NCBI GenBank assembly: GCA_038062955.1
Contig: JBBTWE010000001.1
Location: 101,411 to 165,410, forward strand
Length of the DNA stretch: 64,000 bases
DNA from: Patescibacteria group bacterium
Lineage (GTDB): Bacteria > Patescibacteriota > Minisyncoccia > Phycocordibacterales > BOKC01
Direction: 5' to 3'
Shown: piece after piece, positions 1 to 8,053 of the stretch
Numbering within the stretch: the first letter of the stretch is position 1
Layout: each line of letters opens with the position of its first letter
Translations under genes and position numbers: made by a program
Notes under the pieces: model-generated
Database searches by the model: none
What the model saw: only the letters and a program-made list of their open reading frames with translations
Told to the model about the DNA's origin: nothing

Positions 1-60
1 GAGAGTATTTCCTACAAAACGTATTCAAATCCCACAGAATTACTACTTTCAAGCCCTTCG

Positions 61-261
61 ATGCTTCTTACTATCATCTATATCGCGCTGATCGTCGTTG
101 TAATATTTCTAGTTTTGACCGCTCTATTCTTTGAGTTGCGACACCATCATTACTTGCATATTTTGTGTGGCTTTGGTCTTCTTGTCTTAATTTTGATAAT
201 GTACTTTGTCTATAAGTCATTCTTTGGAGGAACTCTGGAAATTGCCTCTGTGGAGTCATAA
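61..261 (+). CDS. hypothetical small membrane protein
   Basis: 66-aa ORF with two hydrophobic helices; no family recognised. Confidence 0.25.
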   Translation: MLLTIIYIALIVVVIFLVLTALFFELRHHHYLHILCGFGLLVLILIMYFVYKSFFGGTLEIASVES

Positions 262-357
262 ATTTTTTTCTTATAATTTAATAAATCAAAAAAGTATTGC
301 TAAATGGCAATACTTTTTTGATTTCATTTCATACTGTTTCGGATAGAACTTTCAGAT

Positions 358-377
358 TCCTGCCTGCCGGCAGGCAG
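358..377. repeat. 20-bp perfect palindrome CCTGCCTGCCGGCAGGCAGG (family R1)
   Basis: Read directly; GC-rich palindrome in AT-rich DNA. Related copies at 4979, 7944 and 61990, all at gene ends. Confidence 0.85.
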
Positions 378-400
378 GTGAGACAAGTTTGTTGGAAAAA

Positions 401-516
401 CCGTGTCAGAAATTTTATATAGCACCTCATTTTTATTTTGCTCACGCAAAACAAAACATGAGGCGTAATTTTTGAAGGGCAAAAATTAACTTCGTGATAA
501 AAAATCTTCTGACATG
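401..516 (-). repeat. 115-bp repeat element (family R2), inverted copy of 6378..6492
   Basis: Reverse complement matches 6378..6492 with about 3 mismatches in 112 nt. Contains internal hairpin CCTCAT...ATGAGG and ATTTTTGCCCTTCAAAAAT core. Confidence 0.85.
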
Positions 517-535
517 ATTTTTGAAGAGCAAAAAT

Positions 536-620
536 CAGAACCGTACCGAAATGTACTCCTTTGTACATTGAGGGAGGCTCGGAGCGAAGTAACGATGAGA
601 TGTGTCGGATATGAGAGTTC
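536..620 (+). repeat. structured repeat / candidate ncRNA family R3, copy C
   Basis: Shares ACCGTACCGA, hairpin, TTGAGGGAGGCTCGGAGCGAAG, AACGA, CGGATATGAGAGTT with copies at 24911, 48941 and 62486. Hairpin stem differs (TGTAC/GTACA versus CGTATT/AATACG) with compensation. Confidence 0.5.
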
Positions 621-623
621 TAC

Positions 624-1544
624 CTATTTGGCGTGCAAGTACATATATATATCTTCCAATGCCTTCACCCCATCTCCCGCAGCAATATTGTTTTGGTGAT
701 ATAAAATATCAGTGCAATCTCCAGCCGCCCAAACTCCTTTTACACTTGTTTGCTGATTTTTAGTATCGATTGGAATTCTTTTGTATTGGTCTAGTTTAAC
801 TAAATTTGCCACATAATCTGTATTAGGAACTAAACCGATTTCTACGAATATTCCTTCAGTGGGGAGCTCGGTAATTTTTCCAGTATTTGCATCCTTGATA
901 ACAATCGATTTCACAAACTTATCACCCTTAACTTCCAAAGTCTCGATATTCTTCAGAGCTTTCATTTTAGGATTCTTGAGGACTTTTTCAACAGTAACAG
1001 GATCAGCTCTAAACTCCGCGCTTCTATGAATCAATGTAACGCTTTTGGCATACGCTAAAAGCTGGGCGGCAGTTTCAAAACCGGCATTGCCCCCTCCAAT
1101 TACAACAGTGTCTTTGTCAGCAAAAAGAGGACCATCGCACGAAGCGCAGTAAGTAATGCCTTTGTTTTCAAACACGTCGGCCCCCTTGGCTTCTAATTGC
1201 CTACGCTTGCTACCTGTCGCAATAAGGACAGTTTTTGCGCTATATTCTCCTTTGTCGGTCTTTACTGCAAAATTTTCTCCAGCTTTGATAATTGATATTG
1301 CTTTTTCTCCTTCTTTTATGAAGACGGTATCTGCAGAGTAGGCCTTGAGGTGTTTTTTTAAATTCTCGGCTAGTTCTAGGCCTGATAGAGAAACTGTTCC
1401 AATCCAATTTTGGACATCTAAAGAAACAGAGCTTTGGCTATTAAAATCAAAGGTTATAAAAACAGTCTTAAGTTTTTTTCTAGCGGCGTAAACTCCAGCG
1501 GCAACACCCGCTGGGCCACCACCAATAATAGCTAAGTCGTACAT
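624..1544 (-). CDS. trxB: thioredoxin-disulfide reductase
   Basis: GGGPAG FAD motif, redox CxxC (CASCDG), second GGGN NADPH motif; 306 aa. Confidence 0.9.
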   Translation of the reverse strand: MYDLAIIGGGPAGVAAGVYAARKKLKTVFITFDFNSQSSVSLDVQNWIGTVSLSGLELAENLKKHLKAYSADTVFIKEGEKAISIIKAGENFAVKTDKGEYSAKTVLIATGSKRRQLEAKGADVFENKGITYCASCDGPLFADKDTVVIGGGNAGFETAAQLLAYAKSVTLIHRSAEFRADPVTVEKVLKNPKMKALKNIETLEVKGDKFVKSIVIKDANTGKITELPTEGIFVEIGLVPNTDYVANLVKLDQYKRIPIDTKNQQTSVKGVWAAGDCTDILYHQNNIAAGDGVKALEDIYMYLHAK

Positions 1545-1559
1545 ATGTATTAGTCTTGA

Positions 1560-2711
1560 TTATTTTTTATTGCGTCTTAAAAACGCTGGTACTACACCCC
1601 AATCATCTTCCTCATCAGCTCCTAGAGGGGTTTTTTTCTCTTCACCTGCTTCTATCACTTCTTTCTTGAATTCAGGTAGAGTGTTGTATATTTTTCCTTT
1701 TTCTACTACGCTCTCTTTCTTTTCCACATTTTGGAACAAAGATTTTTTCAGAACATTTTCAGGAAATCCTGTCGCAATTACTGTGATTTTTATTTCATTT
1801 TTCTTCAACTTTTCATCTCTTACTGTACCGAAAATAATTTTTGCATTTGGATCAACAGATTCTGTAATAATCTTGGCTGCTTCTTGAATTTCATGCATTG
1901 TCAGGTCGTTTCCACCAGCAATCGAGAAGAGAACACCTTTGGCGCCATTTACGGAAAGTTCTAGAAGTGGGGAATTGATGGCCGCCTTCGCCGCTTCTTC
2001 CGCTCTTTTTTCACCAGTTGCTGAACCTGTTCCCATGAGAGCAGGGCCCGCATTTTCCATAATAGCCTTGATGTCGGCAAAGTCCACGTTGATGACTCCG
2101 GGGGTGGTTATAAGATCAGAGATACCTTCCACGGCTTGTTTCAAAACGTCATCACACATAGCGAAAGCATCTTTAGCTGTCGTTTCTTTGCTGACGGTAA
2201 CGAGTAGACGATCGTTTGGAATGACAATTATTGCGTCCACCGCATTGCGTAACTCTGCGAGTCCAAGCTCGGCCAATTTATTTCTTTGTTGTCCTTCGAA
2301 AAAGAACGGTCTGGTTACAACTCCAACAGTGAGTGCTCCAAGCTCACGGGCAATTTGAGCAACACGAGGAGCGGCACCTGTGCAAGTTCCGCCTCCCATT
2401 CCACCAGCGATGAATACCATGTCGGCGCCCTTGATTGCTTCCTGAATTTCTTCTTGAGTTTCTTCCACCGCTTTTTTACCAAGTTCCGGATTCATGCCGG
2501 TTCCCAAGCCTCGGGTCAAGTTCTTTCCTATATGAATTTTTCGCTTAGCTAGTGTGTTGTGAAGGTCTTGCGCGTCTGTATTGATACCAATGAATTCAAC
2601 CCCCTTAACTTTGGAGTTAATCATATGATTTATAGCGTTTTTACCGGATCCTCCCACGCCCAATACTTTTATTCTGGCGAATGCTTCTACTTCAGGTTTT
2701 ATTTGAGGCAT
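1560..2711 (-). CDS. ftsZ: cell division GTPase FtsZ
   Basis: Tubulin signature GGGTGTGAAP, GVGGSGKNAINHM N-terminus; 383 aa. Confidence 0.95.
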   Translation of the reverse strand: MPQIKPEVEAFARIKVLGVGGSGKNAINHMINSKVKGVEFIGINTDAQDLHNTLAKRKIHIGKNLTRGLGTGMNPELGKKAVEETQEEIQEAIKGADMVFIAGGMGGGTCTGAAPRVAQIARELGALTVGVVTRPFFFEGQQRNKLAELGLAELRNAVDAIIVIPNDRLLVTVSKETTAKDAFAMCDDVLKQAVEGISDLITTPGVINVDFADIKAIMENAGPALMGTGSATGEKRAEEAAKAAINSPLLELSVNGAKGVLFSIAGGNDLTMHEIQEAAKIITESVDPNAKIIFGTVRDEKLKKNEIKITVIATGFPENVLKKSLFQNVEKKESVVEKGKIYNTLPEFKKEVIEAGEEKKTPLGADEEDDWGVVPAFLRRNKK

Positions 2712-2912
2712 ATATTTTAATGCTATATGTTTTTAAAAATTAAAAAAGAGTTCGATCAAGAGAAGAACATGCGTGTGTCTACACTAATATATCAAAAAAA
2801 GTTTTAAAAACAAGCCCCAACGGAAACTTTTTTCCCCGCATCTAATATAATCACGGTAGTGCCTTGCTAGCTTCAATGCTGAATAACACTAGCGAAATAG
2901 TCTCATTTTGAA

Positions 2913-4091
2913 TTAAGGCCAAAATTGTTTAAAAAATATCCTTATTTTTCCAGTGGTTTTTTTTACAAAATACTTTAAATATGGCTCTTGGTCTTGAGCC
3001 CCTAAACCTAATAAGCAAAGTCCATAAACTGCTGACCAAGAAGAATCCTTGATTACATTATTTTTTGTATTTTCATTGGAGATCGTTCCAATTTTTGCCG
3101 GAAGTTTTAAGAATGTTTTGGCAAAATTTTCAATATCAACGATGCCGCTTCCTCCGCCAGTAAAGATAATTCCGGCTGGCAGTATGCCGTTCCTCCCAAT
3201 TTTTTTCAGATGAGATTCTATGGTATCGAATATGTCTTCGAGTCTGGCTTCAATAATTTCTTCAACTTTTTTTCTTGGATAAGTCGCAATGGTTAATGCG
3301 CCAAGTTTTACGTGTTCAGCTTCGTCTAAGGAAATTTTAAGTCCCAAAGCAATATCGTTTGTTATGTTGTTTGAACCAGTAGGGAAGACTTCGACGGAAA
3401 TTGGAATATTGTTTTCGTAAATCACAGTAGAGAGAGTTTCTCCGCCTATATTGATTAGAATACAACCCGCTCTTTTTTGTTGTTTGGAAAGCAAAATCAA
3501 ACTTGAAGCTATCGGATTTGCCACAGCGTCTATGACGTCAACACCTAATTCTTCCAATACTTTCATCAAATCATTCAAATGTTTTTCTAAAACAGTCACG
3601 AAAAGACACTTCATTTCAAGCTTACTCCCTTTCATACCTATAGGACTTCCGATAACAGTTTTGCCATCCAATTTATAAGAGATTGGAATTGTGTGTAAGA
3701 TTTCTCTGTTTAAAGAAGCAGAGCTAGGTATATTGTTTTGGCACTCCGTGATTAATTTTTCTAAATCTATCTCACCCACTTCAAGATCGGCGCGAGATAT
3801 TATGACTTCTGCAGAGGAAGAAACACTGCCTAACCCCGTGCTACCGACAGAGAGCATGACTTCTTTTATTTTTGAGCCTATACTTTTTTCTGCCGCTCGG
3901 AGCGCTTTTCCTACACATTTTGAAACGGCCTCTTTTTCTGTTATGCAACCATGTCGAAGACCTCTGGATTCAGAGAGCCCAAAACCGATCATCTTTGGTA
4001 CAGGACGTTCACCTTCAATCAAGGATTCAGCAACGCCTACTCGAATAAATTGAGTACCAATATCGATGCTAGCAACAAAATTCCTGCTCAT
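2913..4091 (-). CDS. ftsA: cell division protein FtsA (actin-like ATPase)
   Basis: N-terminal IDIGT actin-fold motif, 392 aa, immediately upstream of ftsZ on the same strand. Confidence 0.9.
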   Translation of the reverse strand: MSRNFVASIDIGTQFIRVGVAESLIEGERPVPKMIGFGLSESRGLRHGCITEKEAVSKCVGKALRAAEKSIGSKIKEVMLSVGSTGLGSVSSSAEVIISRADLEVGEIDLEKLITECQNNIPSSASLNREILHTIPISYKLDGKTVIGSPIGMKGSKLEMKCLFVTVLEKHLNDLMKVLEELGVDVIDAVANPIASSLILLSKQQKRAGCILINIGGETLSTVIYENNIPISVEVFPTGSNNITNDIALGLKISLDEAEHVKLGALTIATYPRKKVEEIIEARLEDIFDTIESHLKKIGRNGILPAGIIFTGGGSGIVDIENFAKTFLKLPAKIGTISNENTKNNVIKDSSWSAVYGLCLLGLGAQDQEPYLKYFVKKTTGKIRIFFKQFWP

Positions 4092-4213
4092 AGAGCATAA
4101 ATTATATCATGAAAAAATTGATTCAAGATATAAGATTCACGATTCAAGAAAGAAATTTGAGATTTCCTGTTGTTATTTTTTTTCCTATCGCCTAATGCCT
4201 GGTTTCCCAAAGC

Positions 4214-4630
4214 CTAATTCTTAAAGAATTGCTCAAGTTCTGGAGGGATTTTAATATCAAAATCTTCCAAGAATTTTTTTTCCTGGTCCGACATTCCTTT
4301 TCCATGATCCAAACCTTTTAGATGTAAAAGTCCATGAATAAATATAAAAACAAAATAGGATTGATAGCTTAATTTAATATTTTTCGCTTCTTCCTCGATC
4401 TTTGAGAGATCCATAAAGATTTCACCGGCTGTTTCTCCAAGCGGAAAACTCAAAACATTTGTTGGATGGTTTTTGTTGCGATATTTATTATTTAAATCTT
4501 GAGATAGCGTATTTTCAGCAAAAACCACACTTAATTCATAATCTTGTCCGACAATTTTATTTTTAATTTTTTTAAGGAATAAGCCGCTAGCAGGCGGCTT
4601 AACCTCGGTTTTATTTACAATATCAAACAT
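4214..4630 (-). CDS. ybeY: rRNA maturation endoribonuclease YbeY
   Basis: HGLLHLKGLDH zinc-binding motif (H3xH5xH); 138 aa. Confidence 0.85.
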   Translation of the reverse strand: MFDIVNKTEVKPPASGLFLKKIKNKIVGQDYELSVVFAENTLSQDLNNKYRNKNHPTNVLSFPLGETAGEIFMDLSKIEEEAKNIKLSYQSYFVFIFIHGLLHLKGLDHGKGMSDQEKKFLEDFDIKIPPELEQFFKN

Positions 4631-4641
4631 GTGTTAGTTTT

Positions 4642-4890
4642 CTACTTCGAGGAGTCGTTTCTTTTGTCCTGCATTTTGCCGAGCTTTATCAATCTGCTGA
4701 CTTCCTTTTTTCTTTCAATAACTTTCAAAGCTCGATTTTTCTTAGCTGGTTCCGATTTGTCTCTTTTAGTGTACCTCTCGGCGCGAGCTTTAGGCAAAAT
4801 ACCTGATCCTTGGACCCTTCTGGTAAACCTTTTTATGAGGCTGACATTGTTTTCAGAGCCTGTTTTTTGAACTTCAACGTTTACTGACAT
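4642..4890 (-). CDS. rpsU: 30S ribosomal protein S21
   Basis: Basic 82-aa protein with S21 N-terminal signature NNVSLIKRFTRRVQGSGI. Confidence 0.85.
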   Translation of the reverse strand: MSVNVEVQKTGSENNVSLIKRFTRRVQGSGILPKARAERYTKRDKSEPAKKNRALKVIERKKEVSRLIKLGKMQDKRNDSSK

Positions 4891-4978
4891 AGGCTAATAG
4901 ACTAACATATATTGTTTAAACGTACAAATTTATTTCAACTTCTAATTAGGGTGTGGAAAAATATAGATTCAAGAAACA

Positions 4979-4997
4979 ATCTGCCTGCCGGCAGGGA
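4979..4997. repeat. R1 palindrome, truncated copy (CTGCCTGCCGGCAGGGA)
   Basis: Direct read; intergenic between hisS-like and rpsU. Confidence 0.6.
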
Positions 4998-5092
4998 TTC
5001 ATGATTTCATGGCTTCGCCAGATCCTGAGCAGCATGGACAAGAATAATTTTTTTTAATCTTGATTCCTGAATCTTGAATCATGCTTCTACTC

Positions 5093-6313
5093 TTATATCT
5101 TAAGTTTTCTCAAGTAGTTCACCAAATCACAAGAAGAAACCGTTTCTTGGACCCGAGTCTCGGTATTTCGGACAACAACTGATTGCTCCAACGCCTCTTT
5201 TTCTCCAATTATCAGGATATAAGGGAAATTCAAGTTTTCAGCTGTGGTGAGTTGTCCCATGAGTTTATCTTTTGTAAGAGAATGATAAATCGGAATTCGC
5301 GCTTTTCGGAGGGACTCGATGAGTGCAAGACATTTAGCTTTAGCCTTATTGCCAAACTGCACCAAAAAATACTTCGGTTTTATTTTTCTTATGTTTGTTT
5401 TTTTGACCTTAGCTATATTGTCTTTGATTGAAACGCTTAAGTACGGGATTTCTTTTCGGATGTGTAGTTTTCTTACAATATTGTGATGTCGGACACCCAC
5501 GGCTACGACGGCTTCGTCGGCCTTGATCTGAAAGATTGTCTGTGAGCAATATTGTTTGTTTGGAATCAAAGAATGATTTAAATCATAAGGAGTTTCGAAA
5601 AATTCCAAATATTCCAAAACTTCTTTAAAATGTTTTATTGCTTGTGGCGTCAAAAAATTCAAAGGTTTTGGCATGTTTGCCATCATTTCTTTATTCTCGT
5701 CTTCCAGATCTTTCTTTAAGATATCATTTGGTTCTTTCTTGATTATTTCGATAATGTCCTTGGGCAAGACTTCGGCATTTTTTTTGACGAAATTTGATAA
5801 TTCTTTTTCGAATTTTCCGAAAGATTCTTTGTCTCCAACGCTGTTTATCTCTATTTTTAAATTTTTTACTTCCTGATCTCTCAATATCGCTAGACTGGTC
5901 TTCAAAGCCAGAGCTTCAGCAACACTGCTTCCTGATCCAAGAATAGACAGATTTAAAAATGATTCGGAGTCATTTTTTTTATATTCTTCTTTGTCTCTGT
6001 AGCAAATTGAGAGGGGAAAAGGAAATGATCGGAAACCGCCTTCAATATAAGTTCGGAGCAGATATATTTTATTATTCATGCTATGTGAACGTTCAAGACC
6101 TTGATTTATTTTTTGGAGACATAAACCATTTTCAAAACTTTTAGACTGGAGGCAATCATCTTTGGAGGCTTGGGGTGTTTTTATTGGAATAAAACCGTAA
6201 AAAAAAGCGGTTTCTAAGGCCTTATCAATATTATAGAGGGAGAGATTATTAAGATTTTTATTCAAAGAAGATGATTTGTCTTTTGTAAGCATTGGAGATA
6301 GATAATCACTCAC
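5093..6313 (-). CDS. histidyl-tRNA synthetase-like protein (class II aaRS core plus HisRS-type anticodon-binding domain; catalytic motifs appear degenerate)
   Basis: C-terminal FPYILIIGEKEALEQSVVVRNTETR anticodon-binding domain. N-terminal and core are colinear with HisRS, but motif 2/3 positions read CYRDKEE...SESFLNL and AVGVRHHNIV instead of FRYERPQ..GRYRQF and AGGRYD. Confidence 0.55.
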   Translation of the reverse strand: MSDYLSPMLTKDKSSSLNKNLNNLSLYNIDKALETAFFYGFIPIKTPQASKDDCLQSKSFENGLCLQKINQGLERSHSMNNKIYLLRTYIEGGFRSFPFPLSICYRDKEEYKKNDSESFLNLSILGSGSSVAEALALKTSLAILRDQEVKNLKIEINSVGDKESFGKFEKELSNFVKKNAEVLPKDIIEIIKKEPNDILKKDLEDENKEMMANMPKPLNFLTPQAIKHFKEVLEYLEFFETPYDLNHSLIPNKQYCSQTIFQIKADEAVVAVGVRHHNIVRKLHIRKEIPYLSVSIKDNIAKVKKTNIRKIKPKYFLVQFGNKAKAKCLALIESLRKARIPIYHSLTKDKLMGQLTTAENLNFPYILIIGEKEALEQSVVVRNTETRVQETVSSCDLVNYLRKLKI

Positions 6314-6377
6314 ATGTTCTTTTTAAAAACGCGCATATTCGCGAGCTCACGGATGGCTGATTTCTGTACCACAGAAA

Positions 6378-6492
6378 TCATGTCGGAAGATTTTTTATCA
6401 CGAAGTTAATTTTTGCCCTTCAAAAATTACGCCTCATGTTTTGTTTTGTGTGAGCAAAATAAAAATGAGGTGCTATATAAAATTTCTGACTC
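6378..6492 (+). repeat. 115-bp repeat element (family R2), inverted partner of 401..516
   Basis: See 401..516; the ORF-track entry 6413..6697 overlaps it and is judged spurious. Confidence 0.85.
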
Positions 6493-6495
6493 GAC

Positions 6496-7077
6496 CTATT
6501 CCTCGTATCTACCAGGGAAAACTTTCAAACGGGAAAAGGGAATAAGCCTGACTAGCGGTCTTCCGACAATCAAATCTTCTTTGAGTGGTCCCCAAACGCG
6601 TGAATCTGAACTTGAGGCTCGGTTGTCGCCCATAACAAAGTACTCATCGTCTTCCAATGTAACCTCCATCGAATCATTTTTCGGATACAAGATGTAATCC
6701 TCCTTAAGTTTCAATCCCTTTGGATTTGCTTCGTTTATAATAGTAATTTCAGTGCCGTTTATCCTAACTGTCTCGCTTGGTAGGCCTATTATTCTTTTAA
6801 TAAAGTATTTTGAGCGATCTTTTGGGTAGTGGAAGATAATAATCTCGCCACGTTCTGGGTCTTTCAGTGTTTTATAGCTTATTTGGTCAACAATTAAATA
6901 TTCGCCAGGCAAAAACGTTGGAGTCATCGAGGCGCCGTTTACAATAAAGGGCTGCGCGACAAAATATCTAAATGGCACTACAACCAAGAAAGCAATTAAA
7001 ATAAATTTTAGGAGTTCTTTGAAAAATCCACCACTTTTTTTCTCCCCATTATCTAAATATTCATCTGTCATTGCCAT
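6496..7077 (-). CDS. lepB: signal peptidase I
   Basis: N-terminal TM, GASMTPT (Ser box), GDNRASSSDSRVWGP box; 193 aa. Confidence 0.85.
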   Translation of the reverse strand: MAMTDEYLDNGEKKSGGFFKELLKFILIAFLVVVPFRYFVAQPFIVNGASMTPTFLPGEYLIVDQISYKTLKDPERGEIIIFHYPKDRSKYFIKRIIGLPSETVRINGTEITIINEANPKGLKLKEDYILYPKNDSMEVTLEDDEYFVMGDNRASSSDSRVWGPLKEDLIVGRPLVRLIPFSRLKVFPGRYEE

Positions 7078-7336
7078 TTTCCAAGTATTTTATACAATTA
7101 GAATATCAATAGCAAGAGCAACCACTTATTTTGTTTGTTTTGTCACAAGATTAATGATTTTTTTGAATAAAATAAGTAAAATTTTCAATTCACAATGACC
7201 AATTCCCAATGAATTATCAAATTTCAATTGTTTGATAATTGAGATATGTAGCTTGATTGATAATTGTGCATTGATAATTGATAATTAGATTCTAAATATA
7301 AGTATAAGATTATAAATATATAAGATATCTGTAAAA

Positions 7337-7933
7337 ATGACATACTACATCGTTGGTCTAGGCAACCCGGGAGATGAATACAAAGAGAGTCGACACAATG
7401 TTGGACGCGATATTGTCGATTTTTTTAGAAAAAAGAACGGATTTTCAGAGTGGAAGTTGAACAACAAAGCCAAGGCTCTTACTTCAGAGGGGAAAATCGG
7501 TAAAAATGATGTAGATTTGATTCTTCCTGATGCTTATATGAATAAATCCGGAGTGAGCCTACGGGGGTTTATAACATCTGTGAAAGCGGCCCATAGTGCA
7601 GTTGTAGTTTATGATGATTTGGATTTGCCGATCGGTAAAATGAAAATTTCTTTTAACAGAAGTTCGGGCGGGCACAGGGGAGTTCTATCAATCGAAAAGA
7701 ATTTAAAAACTCGTGAGTTTATAAGGCTTCGAGTCGGGGTAACCCCGGCAACTGCAAGCGGCAAGCTTAAAAAACCGCATGGAGAAAAAGAAGTAGTAGA
7801 TTTTATTTTAGGGAAATTCAAGAAGTCAGAGTCGGAAGAATTAAAGAAGGTTTATAAAAGGGCATCGGAAGCTTTGGAGGATGTTGTAAAGGACGGTTTA
7901 GAAAAAGCAATGGGGAAGTGGAATAGTAATTAA
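7337..7933 (+). CDS. pth: peptidyl-tRNA hydrolase
   Basis: YIVGLGNPG..Y..SRHNVG N-terminal signature; 198 aa. Confidence 0.9.
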   Translation: MTYYIVGLGNPGDEYKESRHNVGRDIVDFFRKKNGFSEWKLNNKAKALTSEGKIGKNDVDLILPDAYMNKSGVSLRGFITSVKAAHSAVVVYDDLDLPIGKMKISFNRSSGGHRGVLSIEKNLKTREFIRLRVGVTPATASGKLKKPHGEKEVVDFILGKFKKSESEELKKVYKRASEALEDVVKDGLEKAMGKWNSN

Positions 7934-7943
7934 TAGATTCAAC

Positions 7944-7964
7944 CTGCCTGCCGGCAGGCAAGGA
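7944..7964. repeat. R1 palindrome copy (CCTGCCTGCCGGCAGGCAAGG)
   Basis: Direct read; lies between convergent pth and rpsA. Confidence 0.8.
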
Positions 7965-7984
7965 GGCAAGATTCAAGATAAAAA

Positions 7985-8030
7985 TTAAATTAAACAAAAA
8001 CACAAACCTTAAGGTTTGTGTTTTTGTTTA
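7985..8030. terminator. bidirectional hairpin terminator between convergent pth and rpsA
   Basis: Perfect inverted repeat AAACAAAAACACAAACC-TTAA-GGTTTGTGTTTTTGTTT. Confidence 0.7.
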
Positions 8031-8053
8031 ATCTCTTTGTAAGAAAGTCGTTT

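Noticed and set aside
329-568. 79-aa minus-strand ORF, and its mirror-image 94-aa ORF at 6413..6697
   Set aside because: Both lie entirely inside the two inverted copies of the R2 repeat plus the R1 palindrome. They are reading-frame artefacts of the repeat, not genes.
1570-2552. Several 77-139-aa plus-strand ORFs inside ftsZ, and similar antisense ORFs inside ftsA, hisS-like, rpsA, gyrA, infB, clpB, topA, rel, dnaB, cysS and the PEP-utilising genes
   Set aside because: They overlap confidently identified genes on the opposite strand and have low-complexity or hydrophobic nonsense composition; they are spurious antisense frames.
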